Assembly (NCBI RefSeq): GCF_964194155.1
Contig: NC_135899.1
Span: 2,790,001 to 2,854,000 of the forward strand
DNA: 64,000 bases
Direction of reading: 5' to 3'
Source of the DNA: Cetorhinus maximus
Lineage: Eukaryota
How positions within the stretch are numbered: position 1 is the first letter of the stretch; every line of letters begins with the position of its first letter. The notes under the pieces were generated by a model, which worked only from the letters and a program-made list of their open reading frames with translations, did no database searches and was not told where the DNA came from. Shown here piece by piece: positions 1-11,471 of the stretch. The translations under genes were made by a program, and so were the position numbers.

Positions 1-481
1 GCAACAGGCATCTCGAGCTCATGGTACAAGACGGACTCGATAGAAGCAACCCGGGTGGTGGGGGGGGGGGGCGGGTTTATGACCTCTGGCGTCGGCCAAT
101 CCCGTGCTTCGCCCATGTTGCAATGCGAGGCAAAATGTGTCAATTCCTCGATTCCCCGCCAAAACCTACAAATTCCCCCAATCCCCCCACAGACTCGAGC
201 TCACATTAACTTGAATATTTCCCCTTGCAGAGCAAGTTCGTGGGAGCGAATGGGCGACTCCTGATTCCCCCCATGTTCTGCAACAGGAACATTTGCTGAG
301 AAGGTGCAGCCAGTTTGAAAATCCACCCGCAAGGAAGGTTTCCCGCCATTACCCATCCCTGCTCCCGCCATTCACATCTAAAACATCTTCGAAACTATTC
401 CCACCCCAACCTTCTTTATTCCGATCCAAAACTAATTACTCAACCGCGGCGCCAATTCAACCCTTTAAGGCTTCTTTTTGT

Positions 482-497
482 GGCTCTGAAAAGAGCC
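482..497 (-). terminator. Histone 3' stem-loop of H1-like gene A
   Basis: Minus strand GGCTCTTTTCAGAGCC, followed by purine-rich HDE-like AAAGAAG/AAAGGGTTG. Confidence 0.95.
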
Positions 498-553
498 TTT
501 TTTTTTCTTTCAGGTTTTGGGATGTTTTAAGGATGGATGAGGATTTGTGTCCC

Positions 554-1201
554 TCAGGCTTTGCCCTGAATTTCCGAACAGGCTTGGCTGGTTTTCTCAG
601 AGGCGGAAGTTTCCTCCGGGGTCGGCGCTTTGCTCCCTTCCTCCGGGGGTTTGGCCAGTTTCCTGGGCTTTGGCCGCTGGCGCCTGCCCTTCCCGGGGCT
701 CCTGGCCGCCTTCCTCCCCTTGGGGCTTCTGGCTTTGCGGCTCCCCTTCGCCCCCCTCCTGCCGCCGGCCGCCCTCCTCATCTTCCTGGGGGCGACCCTC
801 CTCCTCTTGGGCCTCTTGGCCGCGGCTTTCCGGCCCCTCCCCCGGCCCGAGGGCTTCATCCTCGGCTTCCTCTCCGCCCGGGTGGCCTCCTCCTTCTGCC
901 CTTTGCTGCTGAGTTTGAAGGAGCCCGAGGCGCCGCTGCCCGAGGTCTGCACCAGGGAGCCTTTGCTGACCAGGCTCCGGACCGCCTGCTTGAGCCGCCA
1001 CTTGTTGGCGGCCACGTCGTAGCCGCTGCCCGACAGCACCTTCTTGAGGGCGGCCAGCGAGAGGCCGCGACGCCCCTTCTTGCTGCCGGCCACCGCCTCC
1101 AGGATCCGCTCGGACACGGTGCCCGAGCCGCTCCGCTGGGCCGGCGGCTGAGGGGCCTTGGCCCTCCTCCCCTTCCTCCTGGCCGGCAGGGTATCGGCCA
1201 T
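554..1201 (-). CDS. H1: Arg-rich linker histone H1 / protamine-like protein A (215 aa)
   Basis: Winged-helix motif [46 protein letters not shown], basic tail, intronless, stem-loop. ATG at 1201 (ORF track starts at an upstream GTG). Confidence 0.92.
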   Translation of the reverse strand: MADTLPARRKGRRAKAPQPPAQRSGSGTVSERILEAVAGSKKGRRGLSLAALKKVLSGSGYDVAANKWRLKQAVRSLVSKGSLVQTSGSGASGSFKLSSKGQKEEATRAERKPRMKPSGRGRGRKAAAKRPKRRRVAPRKMRRAAGGRRGAKGSRKARSPKGRKAARSPGKGRRQRPKPRKLAKPPEEGSKAPTPEETSASEKTSQACSEIQGKA

Positions 1202-1273
1202 CACTGGGCTCGGCGGGTCTTCCCTCCTCTCCCTCCCTCTGCCGAGAAATGAAGAGTTTGCAGCGGCCGCCGC

Positions 1274-1280
1274 TATTTAA
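1274..1280 (-). promoter_or_regulatory. TATA-like box of H1 gene A
   Basis: TTAAATA about 73 nt upstream of the ATG. Confidence 0.6.
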
Positions 1281-1308
1281 CCGGGTCAGCCCGACGCTGC
1301 AGAGTCAA

Positions 1309-2412
1309 AGACCAACTCCGGGATCACAGACCAACTCCGGGATCACAGACCAACTCCGGGATCACAGACCAACTCCGGGATCACCCCCAGGCCGGGATCA
1401 CAGACCAACTCTGGGATCACAGACCAACTCCGGGATCACAGACCAACTCCGGGATCACAGACCAACTCCGGGATCACCCCCAGGCCGGGATCACAGACCA
1501 ACTCCGGGATCACAGACCAACTCCGGGATCACCCCCAGGCCGGGATCACAGACCAACTCCGGGATCACCCCCAGGCCGGGATCACAGACCAACTCCGGGA
1601 TCACAGACCAGCTCCGGGATCGCAGACCAACTCCGGGATCACAGACCAACTCCGGGATCACAGACCAACTCCGGGATCACCCCCAGGCCGGGATCACAGA
1701 CCAACTCCGGGATCACAGACCAACTCCAGGATCACAGACCAACTCCGGGATCACAGACCAACTCCGGGATCACCCCCAGGCCGGGATCACAGACCAACTC
1801 CGGGATCACCCCCAGGCCGGGATCACAGACCAACTCCGGGATCACAGACCAACTCCGGGATCACCCCCAGGCCGGGATCACAGACCAACTCTGGGATCAC
1901 AGACCAACTCCGGGATCACAGACCAACTCCGGGATCACAGACCAACTCCGGGAGCACAGACCAACTCCGGGATCACAGACCAACTCCGGGATCACAGACC
2001 AACTCCGGGATCACCCCCAGGCCGGGATCACAGACCAACTCTGGGATCACAGACCAACTCCGGGATCACAGACCAACTCCGGGATCACAGACCAACTCCG
2101 GGAGCACAGACCAACTCCGGGATCACAGACCAACTCCGGGATCACCCCCAGGCGGGGATCACAGACCAACTCCGGAATCACAGACCAACTCCGGGATCAC
2201 CCCCAGGCGGGGATCACAGACCAACTCCGGGATCACAGACCAACTCCGGGATCACAGACTAACTCCAGGATCACAGACCAACTCCGGGATCACAGACCAG
2301 CTCCGGGATCACAGACTAACTCCAGGATCACCTCCACATCAGGAGCAGAGACTAACTCCGGGATCATCTCCACATCAGGAGCAGAACTAACTCCCGGATC
2401 ACCCCCACATCA
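1309..2412. repeat. Minisatellite: 19-nt CCGGGATCACAGACCAACT interspersed with 17-nt CCGGGATCACCCCCAGG
   Basis: Visible tandem array, degenerating after about 2330. Confidence 0.97.
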
Positions 2413-2554
2413 GAACCTGGGAGAAAATCATCCTTTCAAATTGTTTTAAATAAAGAGACACATTACACCAGGAGATTCCGTCTTTCTTTTTAATCTTGCG
2501 CCAAATAGAGTGATTTTTTTTAAAAAAAGTTGAATTCAATAAAGTGTCTTTCAT

Positions 2555-2862
2555 GACCACATGGCACCTTAATGCGTTTTACAGCCAGTATGTTGTTGGT
2601 GTAACCATTGTGTAATGTAGGAAACTCAGCAGCCAATTTGAGCACAGCAAGAGCACAATGTGAACATGCCCATAGAATCGGTTTTGTGTGTGTGAGATGT
2701 TGACTGAGGGATAAATATTGGTTAGGAAGCCAGGGATAAATCCGCTGCTTTTCTTCCAAATAGTGCCCTGGAATCTTTTACAACCACTTGAGAGGGCAGA
2801 ATGGGGCCTCGGATTAATATGTCATCCGAAAGACGGCACCTCCGGCAGTGCAGCACTCCCTC
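2555..2862 (-). mobile_element. Deu-domain SINE fragment (SacSINE1-like)
   Basis: Minus strand GCACTGCCGGAGGTGCCGTCTTTCGGATGAC..GAGGCCCC..CAATATTTATCCCTCA; related copies near 15600-15990, 16120-16500, 40525-40810, 58025-58190, 59330-59550. Confidence 0.7.
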
Positions 2863-3099
2863 CTCAACCTTCTTACTCGGAGGAAAGAGCCTTTCCAGTT
2901 AAATAATTTGGGTCAATTTCGACGAGTCTTATATCTGAATACAAGGCATCTGTTTTCAGAACCGTCAAGTTCTTTTCTTCCCTTTATTGCCATCAGCCCA
3001 TAAGTTATTTTATCTCCTTTCTTTTGCTGATTTGGTGACCCATGTAGACGCCCAAGAAGGGGAAGCAGCAGCAGCAGAAGGTGCTCTGAAAAGTTGCAG

Positions 3100-3324
3100 C
3101 TAATTGCCACTGCCGTTTGCTGCTCTCGGGGTTTCTGCCGGACTCGAGTTAAAGGTTTGGGAATTGGCATATGTGGACCTTTTTTTCACTCCAGACGTCT
3201 CTCTGGACAGCTCGGCAGATTGAGAGGGGGGGTTGTTGCTCGTCTCAGGGCTGCCTTTGGTTTGAGAATTGGTGTCGGGGACATTCTCCCGCCTGTTTCT
3301 GAACTTCGGTGTGAGTTTACTTCG
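3100..3324 (-). other. Putative alternative terminal coding exon (74 codons + TAG) downstream of H1 gene B
   Basis: Polypyrimidine tract and CAG acceptor at 3325, open phase-0 frame RSKLTPKFRNRRENVPDT...GSGN*, AATAAA at 2983-2988. Confidence 0.45.
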
Positions 3325-4666
3325 CTGCCAGAGGAGGAGAGGAGAAAGGAGGCGAAACTAGCAGCAAAAACTTGCCCTTAATTGCATCGCTCATAACGAA
3401 CTGGGCAAAAGCACATCAACACAACCTGTGCATTGCAATGTATTGGTATATTTACCAGTGAAATGCAGGCATCGTCCCAGTCAATTGTGCAACCGATATG
3501 TTCATGTTAAACAAACGTATTAATGTTACTGTCTGTGAATATAAACCTAAGATCCAAAGTTTGCGATAACCCCGGGGGTCAAGGAACCAGCCATGTCGAT
3601 AACCGTCCACAAAAAATTAAATAATTTTATACAACATGTACGAAAATAAAAAATCCAATATCTATCCCACATTAAAAGCGATATCTACCCTTTTCCCCTT
3701 CGCCGTTTACACGTTAATTGTCTCAGACTCCTGCCAAATAACGTCATGGTTTCGGTGACAGAAATTGTGAAACGAAAGGTGCATTTTAAAGGTATAACCG
3801 ATTTCGTTTTTAAAGATACCCTCCAAATAAAACTGTAAATGCAGGGAAATCTCAGCAGTCCGCCCGCCCAGCATTTGAGAGAAAGGTGTCTCCAAAATGT
3901 TAATTAAAAAAACCCAAAGGCGCCTGTATTCAGGTTCAGCAGCACAATACATTTAAAGTAGCTATTGTCATGTTTTTAAAAGGTGGAAGATTGAATTTTT
4001 TTTTAAAAACACACACACACACACAAGAAGTGCTGGAAATACTCAGCAAGTCCGGTAGTTTCTGTGAGCGAGAAAGGGAGTTAAAAACGTTTCAGGTCAG
4101 GAATGGGGAGAAAGTTGGGTGAGTTGGTTTGAGGTTGATCCCCTGGTGAAAGGTCCCTGTGAAAAGTGGGAGTCGGGTATTCGGTGCTCATTCGCGTTTC
4201 CTTTTAATTTAAAGTTTAATTGGAGCGGGTGGACAAACTAAACCCCATTATATATATATATATATATATATACACCGCCCGGGAGGCGAGATGAGTGAAT
4301 ACTAACCCGCCCGGGACCCCCATAAAAGCAAAATGAATGTAAATAAATCAGCAATTGTGATCGATGGGGAAGGAGGGGGGGAAATCCTGTGACCCCTTCC
4401 GTGTGATCGCTCAAATCCTCCTTTGACGCTCTTTTAATCGGCGCCTTCAACCTTTTATCATCCAATAATCAAAAGAAATGTTCCCCCAAAGGGTGACTTG
4501 CTGACACAGAGACTTTTATTTCCTTTCCTCTCGCTTTTACAAATGGGCAAAAATCTAAATCTATTAATTTTCTTAACTTGAGCCAAATGGTTCCCCCGCC
4601 CAATCTTCGGAAGAAAATATTTGGCAGCTTTTTATGTGATCCAGCTCCCCTTCTGCTAAATTCGGT

Positions 4667-4682
4667 GGCTCTGAAAAGAGCC
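4667..4682 (-). terminator. Histone 3' stem-loop of H1-like gene B
   Basis: GGCTCTTTTCAGAGCC followed by AAGGGGAGCTGG HDE-like element. Confidence 0.95.
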
Positions 4683-4738
4683 TTTGTGTTATTGTTTTAG
4701 TTTTTCTTTTCCACGGAGGGAGACGAAGTTTCATCCCT

Positions 4739-5629
4739 TTACCGACGGGCGTAATTTACCCTCTTGGGCCCGAACGGGGGATATTTCCTCGGGCGCCCCA
4801 CCGACCGCTTGGGTTTGGAGCCGGCGGGCGGCCGCCGGCGGTGGATGTTGGCCCCGGCCGCCGTCTTCCTGCCGCCCCGGAGCGGCTTGTTCCTGCGGTA
4901 GGGCCGCGCCCGGCCTCCCCCGCCGCCGCCCCCTGCCTTGCCCCGGGCGGCTCCGGGCCGGCGGGCGGGTTTGAGCTTGCGGCGGGTCGGCGCCGCCTTC
5001 CTGGGCTTCCTGGCGGTCGCCCCCTTGCGCCGGGCGGCGGCGGCTCCTCCTCCTCGGGGTTTCTTGGCGGCGGCCGAGCTCTTGGCCTGCGACCCTTTCC
5101 TGGAAGCGGTCGGCGTGGCTTTGACGGGCGCCGACGTTTTCTTCTTGGGGGCCCCGCCGCCCGTCTCGTCTTTGAGCGGGGCCGTGCCGGCCGCCGCCGG
5201 GGGGAGGGTCGCCGCCGCCGCCGCAGCCACTCCTCCCCCTCCTCCTCCAAGGCCGGCGCCCAGGGCCGGCGTGTCGGCGCGGATCCGGGAGCGGTTGAAG
5301 CGGAAGGAGCCCGCGGCTCCCACCCCGGCCGTCTGCACCAGCGAGCCGTTCCGCACCAGCTGCTTGACCGTCTGGTTGACCCGCGTGTTGTTGCGGCACA
5401 CGTCGTAGCCCTTGGCCGAAAGCGCCTTCTTGAGGGCGGCCAGCGAGATTCCCCGCCGCTCCTTGGTGGCCGCCGCCACCTGCAGGATGCGCTGGGTGAC
5501 CGTGGGCCCCGTCTTCTTGCGGCGGGGCGAGGAGCGCGGCGGCGGCAGCTGCTGCTTCTTCTTCCGGGCGATCGCCTTCTCCACGCTCAACTCGCCGACG
5601 TCTTCCACTTTCTGGCTGTTGTCGGCCAT
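4739..5629 (-). CDS. H1: Long Arg/Gly/Ala-rich linker histone H1-like protein B (296 aa)
   Basis: Globular domain PTVTQRILQVAAATKERRGISLAALKKALSAKGYDV..GSLVQTAGVGAAGSFRF; TATA and H1 box upstream; stem-loop downstream. Confidence 0.92.
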   Translation of the reverse strand: MADNSQKVEDVGELSVEKAIARKKKQQLPPPRSSPRRKKTGPTVTQRILQVAAATKERRGISLAALKKALSAKGYDVCRNNTRVNQTVKQLVRNGSLVQTAGVGAAGSFRFNRSRIRADTPALGAGLGGGGGGVAAAAAATLPPAAAGTAPLKDETGGGAPKKKTSAPVKATPTASRKGSQAKSSAAAKKPRGGGAAAARRKGATARKPRKAAPTRRKLKPARRPGAARGKAGGGGGGGRARPYRRNKPLRGGRKTAAGANIHRRRPPAGSKPKRSVGRPRKYPPFGPKRVNYARR

Positions 5630-5796
5630 GCTGGGCTGGCGGGAGAAAGAGAGAGAGAGCACAGGCGGTGCGAGGATGGGGTGCAGGGAGGCGGTGATGA
5701 TGGCGGGAAAGGGGGGATTGGTTACAGCTCTTCCTGTTTCAGCCTCCACCAGCACAAGCGGCTGAAACTGAAGAGGCGGCGAGTCCAGGCAGCCGC

Positions 5797-5940
5797 TTAT
5801 ATAGGGCAAAGGCGGACGGAGTGGAGGAGACTTCCGCCCCTCACATCCCCCTCCCCCCCCCCCCCACAACCTTTCCCCCCGCCCCCTCCCCCTCCCCCAA
5901 CCACCCACCCGCTTCCCTCTCCCTCCTCAAGTTTGTGTTT
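5797..5940 (-). promoter_or_regulatory. H1 gene B promoter within a CpG island (about 4740-6330)
   Basis: TATATAA 5797-5803, G-rich boxes, H1-specific AC box AAACACA 5934-5940. Confidence 0.75.
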
Positions 5941-6824
5941 CTCCCATTCCCTCAAACGCCCCCTCCCCACTCCACCCGGAACCCCCGGACCCCCGGAGCC
6001 GCTCCGCCGCCTCCCCCCGGCCGCGAAGCCGCCTCGGGCGCCCCGCCTCGCCCCCCCGGCCCCCGGCGTCGCGGCGCCAGGGGCGCCCGGGCCCCCAAGT
6101 CGCCGGCGCCCTCCGGCGTTTTGCCCCTTCCTCCCGGGAAACGGGGGGCAATTCCCGGGGCGGGGCGGGAACTGGAGGTCCGGCCGGCCGGCAGGGTGGC
6201 CGGCGTCGGCTCTCCGGCAGGGAGCCGCGACCGTGCGGCTTGCGACGCTCGGAAATGGCTGGGTAAATGCGGCTGCAGTAACACAGGTCGTCGGGAAAGT
6301 GGGGCTGCACCGGGGCAAACTCCTGTAAGCCAATGGGATCACTTGACCAGGTCTATGCCTGGCCTGGGGGAACTGCTGTATCCAATAATGTGATGTAGCA
6401 ATTTGAAGTGTGCCAATGTTGGACCTGGAACATGTTTTCTGATTTCCTGAGGTTGTGGGATATGGGAGCGGGGCCAAAAACTGGATACTTCCAAAAATGT
6501 CAGATCTATTTCCCTTGGATTGCTGTTTATGAACAGTTTTATTTTTGGAAAACAAGAAAACTTGAATTGATTTATTTTTTTCAGAAATGATCTGAGCTCT
6601 TTCTGTTATGAACACAAAGGTCGGTTCCACAAACCATGCCCCGCTCAGGGGCCTGTGCTGGGTTATAAGAGCTGTGCCAAATGCGCTTCCATCCATTGCT
6701 CGAACATGTGGCCACTGAGCAATGAGGGAATGTGAAAGATGTACAAGCCCGCATGCACCATGTTTAGACCTGGTCAGGGCGTAATTCTTTTCGAATGGAA
6801 AGCCAACTAGTCTGATTTGAATAA

Positions 6825-6995
6825 AAATAAAATACCCCCGATGCTGGAAATCTGAAATAAAAACAGAAAATGCTGGAAAAACTCAGCAGCTCTGAAGAAG
6901 GGTCAAACAGATTCGAAACGTTAACTGTTTCTCTCTCCACAGATTCTGTCATAGCTGCCGAGTTTTCCCAGCGTTTTCTGTTTTTATAGTCTGAT
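6825..6995. mobile_element. Short Penelope pLTR-derived inverted element with a hammerhead-like motif
   Basis: Arms AAAATGCTGGAAAAACTCAGC / GCCGAGTTTTCCCAGCGTTTT match the termini of the element at 25575-28345; similar remnants near 4027, 12985, 19490, 22947, 35660, 36905, 38160, 47213, 51750. Confidence 0.7.
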
Positions 6996-8304
6996 TTGAA
7001 ACTCAGCCTGGTCTCCAAGGAAGCTTTATACGGTAATGCATCACATTTCCATGTCATTGCATCACCAATTATTACGCGGTTTACGCCACCTGCTTTGTCA
7101 GCGAGCTTTTGCACGCCAGATGTTTGACCTTTCTCGACACGGCTTGTGGTTGGGAGTTTAAAGGCTATTTCCAATCTACCTAATAACATTTGAATGATGG
7201 GTGATGGTACAAAGTTATTAGGGGGATTCCTGACCAGAACTAATGATCTTAAATTAAATTATGAAGCTCCAGATGTAAAATAAATATTAAGTATGTAATT
7301 TGCGTTTCGTAATTTTCAAAATCCCATAAAATGTGCGAGAATACATTGAGGTTCCAGCAAACTGACCAAATAAAGAATGCGTGGAAATCGGGGGAGCTAA
7401 TACGCTAGATATGAACGTCGGAATTAAATTAAATATTCCCTTTAGGACTTTTCAATGTTTGCTGGTCAACTGAGTCGGCTCATTTCCTACATTACAAGGG
7501 CGACTGCACTTCATTAAGAAAAAAAAAACACTTTAGCTGCAAAGCGCTTCTGGATGGCTTTAAGTCGTGAACGGCGCTGTATGAACTCAAGTTTTTTTTT
7601 TACATTTTCAATCGCAGTTATGGATGTTCTATTTCATATTCGCCGTCCACTCTAATTGATAATGGACCAATTCCTTCATAGGTCATTTCCAAAATGAACT
7701 GGGTCGATTGGTCCAGCATTTATTTCAGCACACACACGAAACACATTTATAGACAAGAGAAATCCCTTCACATTCCTTCAATCAATTTGCCACCGAAACG
7801 TAAGAACCTCAGGATTCGCCAATACTGTTGATGTGGTAAACATCATGATCAGATGAGATCGTACTGTGTTTATGGATTTAAATATTAATATATATATATA
7901 TTTTTTTTTTAAATGGAATTAAACAGTCCGACCTGAATTACTTGACATAATACGGCAGGATTTTTCTAATGAGTCGAAAGATTTGTGTTCCCTGAAGTTT
8001 AACCGGTTTTTCCGCTTGCTGGCGGAGGAAATTCGCGGGCGGGCAACTTGCAGAAAGGGGAAAATCTCCGCCTTCTTGCCCAAAAACTTTTGTTTACGCT
8101 GGTTGAACTTATGCTAATAGATCTCTGTCCGCAAAGTTCTTGTTGCAGGGCAGACTGGGTCAACCACGGCGGGAAGACATCGAGGTGGGAGTTTGTCTCG
8201 GGCCGTGGCGCAAAACGGGCGTAGCGGGTCGTCCGTTTAAATGCAATGGAACTGAATAAAATCAGGGGCCCGGGGCGATTCGGACCGTTTTGCGTGAATT
8301 AAAC

Positions 8305-8590
8305 TCAGAGATGAGATTTATTTTTTCCTCTCAGAGGGTTGTGCGACTTTGTTAACCCTCCGCCTCAGAAGGCGGTGGTGGCGGAGTCATTAATATTTTA
8401 ATAATCTACCTGGAGGTAGATAGATACTTGTTAGTCAAGGGAATCAAAGGTTATCGGGGGGTAGGTGGGAATGTGGAATTTGAAACAGAAACAGATCAGC
8501 CATGATCTTATTGAATGGCAGAGCAGGCTTGAGGGATCGAATAGCCAACTTCTGCTCCAATTTCCTATCTTCGTCTATGCTCGTTTGTAT
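8305..8590 (+). mobile_element. CR1 LINE 3' fragment
   Basis: GAGATGAG..TCTCAGAGGGT..CAGATCAGCCATGATCTTATTGAATGGC tail shared with other CR1 copies in the window. Confidence 0.7.
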
Positions 8591-9514
8591 GTAGCTGGGT
8601 CAGGTCCTGGGAAATAACCCGTTTGAGTCCAAGGTTGGCAAACATTCTTCCTGGCCGCACACCTGCAGCTCTTGACGTCCGGCCGGGGATTGTCCATCTG
8701 TGCAGAATGCCCAAGACCACTGCTCTATCGGCAGCCATGTCAAATCATTCGGCCTCAGCGACCAAATCTTAATCCCCGAAGGCAGTCAATGATGACGCTG
8801 TGGATTGAACTCTTCCAAATGGGGTTGCATTGATCTTGCCGAAGGCTCTGGCAGACAAATGCATTCCTCAACAGGCAGGGAATGGAAGATGACAGAGATT
8901 CCAGTTTTAGGACCTGGAATGCATTGCCTGGAAGACTGATTGAAGCAGATCCAATAGGCAATTGGGTCCCTACTTAAAAAGGAAAGACATTCGCACTTAT
9001 GGGGGAGAGAGTACTTGGACTGCAGAAACTGATAGCTCTTTCGGGGCAGCTGGAAGAGATACGATGGGGGTCAATGCTCTTCTCCTGTGCTGTAGGATTA
9101 GTTGGCAGGAAGATGTTTATGTTGCGGCTCGGAGCCACTGGATAGAATGAGCTATTCAATCATAGAATCATTGAGATTTACAGCACGGAAGGAGGGCTTT
9201 CGGCCCATCGTGTCCGTGCCGGCTGACAAGCCCGGCCTAATGCCACTCTCCTCTTTGTCCTCAGCATATCCAAATGCTTTTTTAAATGTGATGAGGGTTT
9301 CTGGCTTTACTGCCATTTCAGGCTGTGAGTTCCAGATCCCCGTCACCACCCCCTCCAATCCGCTCTAAACTTCTTAGCTCCCACCTTAAAGGTATGCCAC
9401 TTAGTTAGGGACCTCAAAACCAAAGGGAGGCTTTCCTGCCCACTTTATCGAGACTCCTCAGAATTTTGTATACACTTCAATTGGGTGTCCCCTAAACACT
9501 TTTAAGTTCAGCCT

Positions 9515-9705
9515 TTCACGGGATGTGGATGTCACTGGCAAGACCAGCATTTGTTGCCCATCCCTAATTGCCCTCGAACTGAATGGCTTGCTAGGCCATT
9601 TCAGAGGGCAGTTAGGAGTCAACCACATTGCTGTGGGTCTGGAGTCACATGTAGGCCAGACCAGACCAGGTAAGGACGGCAGATTTCCTTCTCTAAAGGA
9701 CATTG
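9515..9705 (-). mobile_element. SINE 3' half
   Basis: Reverse complement of the 16651-17040 SINE. Confidence 0.75.
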
Positions 9706-11004
9706 TGACCCGCCGTCTCCCCAGCTTACTTCACCCGACACTCTTCCCAATTTCATCTAACCCTATGTGAATAACCTTTATTCTTTCCTCCCTTATATCT
9801 TTGTTTTGCTTCCCCTGAAAGGCATCTATACTATTCACCACAATCACACCATGTAGTAGCGAGTTCCACACTCTCACCTCTCTCCCTCTCTGGGTAAAGA
9901 AATTTCACCTGAATTTTCAATTGGATTTATTCGTGTCTGTCTTGTAACAACTGTCGGCCTGTACCTTCATTTCATCCCACCCCTCTTAGCTCCATATTAT
10001 TTAATGCCTGCGCTAGCAAAAACCTATTGATCTCAGGGATAAAATGGTTAACTGAGTGAGAATCTACTGCATTTTGCGAGCAGGACAAGGTAGGGTGAGT
10101 CTTGATTTCCATGAGGAGGAAGGAGGGGAAAGGATGACAAACGAGGAATGGAGGAACAAGACAGGAGAAACGACCGCAGTCCAGGTTCAAGAAAATTGAC
10201 AACATCAGCGGAGAGGGCGGCAACTTCGATGCTCGAGGAAGGGAATGGTAAAGCACTCCAAAAACATTCAATATTTCAATCCTGAAAAATAAAGTATGCC
10301 TCAGATAAGCACAGTTGGGAGGTTCTATGACAAAGTGGGTTGTTGATGGTTGTCAGAGAATGGCAGGAATGGGCCAAACTCTGCGTGAATCAATTGAAGA
10401 GAAAGACAGCCGCCCAACGATTGAGCGAAACCAATTTCTGGCCCCATTTTAACCTGACTCGTCTGGCTAGAACAAAGCGAGTTCCGTTGGAAGGCCGATT
10501 TTCACAGGCCCTGCTTTAACACACCAGGAGGGGACTGAGTTTTAAACTTATATGCCAACCCCCACCCCCCACCCACCCACCCACGGGCAGCAAAGGCAGC
10601 CTGTTTCACGCTCGGCCCCATATTCGTTTCCACTGGACAAGGTGTGAAATCGATGTGTCTGTTTCCGCTGCGCAGGTTAGGGTCACATTAATAGAACTGA
10701 GGGCGGAATTTCACGCCGGCGGGATTTTAGGATCCCACCAAAGTCAACGAACTTTAAAAAGAACTCTAGTACATTCCAGAGGCCAAAATCTATGTGCTAA
10801 ATAGGATTTTTTTTAAAAGTAAGAATTGGAACCTGAAAGCTTTGCGGCAAATTTTCATGCTCCGGGAATTAGTAGACTGCATGGGGTAGAAATTCACCCA
10901 TGGTTCGCCCGACACCCAGATCCAATGAAGTCAAAGGAGCTGATTATGGGGTGGGAAGTGTAACAGGCAGCGAGTGTAGTACTGTCCAATATCCAACTCC
11001 CTTT

Positions 11005-11445
11005 ACTGGAGTTCAGAAGAACCGAGGGACGATCTTATTGAAACATATAAGTTCTTGAGGGGACTTGATAGTGTGTATACCTGGAGGATGTCTCAACTTT
11101 GGAGTGGGGGGAGACTAAAACTAGGGGGGAACGCAGCTTAAGAATAAGATGTCTCCCTCTTAAGACTGAGATGAGAGGAATTTTTTATCTCTCTCAAAGG
11201 GCCGTTAGTCTATGGAATTCTCTTCCCTAGAAAGCAGTGGAGGGTAAGACATTAAATTTATTCAAGGCTGAGTTGGACAGGTTTTTGATAGACGAGGAAG
11301 TCAAAGGTTATGGGGGGTGGGTGTGGGGGAATGGACAGGAAAGTGGAGTTGAGACCACAACCAGATCAGCCATGATTTTATTGAATGGCAGAGCAGGCTC
11401 GAAGGGCTGAATGACCTACTCCTGCTTCTAATTCATATGTTCCTG
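11005..11445 (+). mobile_element. CR1 LINE 3' fragment
   Basis: LEFRR..GDLIETYK-like remnant plus CR1 3' UTR. Confidence 0.75.
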
Positions 11446-11471
11446 AGGCTTAGAGGAATTGCAGTAGTTCC

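Noticed and set aside
1249-2262. 337-aa ORF and superficially CRISPR-like array
   Set aside because: Translation of a minisatellite; no unique spacers, no cas genes, eukaryotic context
4739-5908. N-terminally extended starts in the ORF track (also 18202, 20821, 31505, 36709, 37937, 45971, 48693)
   Set aside because: They lie at or upstream of TATA boxes or are non-ATG; downstream ATGs fit the histone N termini
293-6696. Long antisense and alternate-frame ORFs over H1-A/H1-B
   Set aside because: Expected from very high GC; no domain, promoter or 3' signals
8600-8900. Unique CpG-containing stretch with splice-like sites
   Set aside because: No coherent frame or partner exon could be supported
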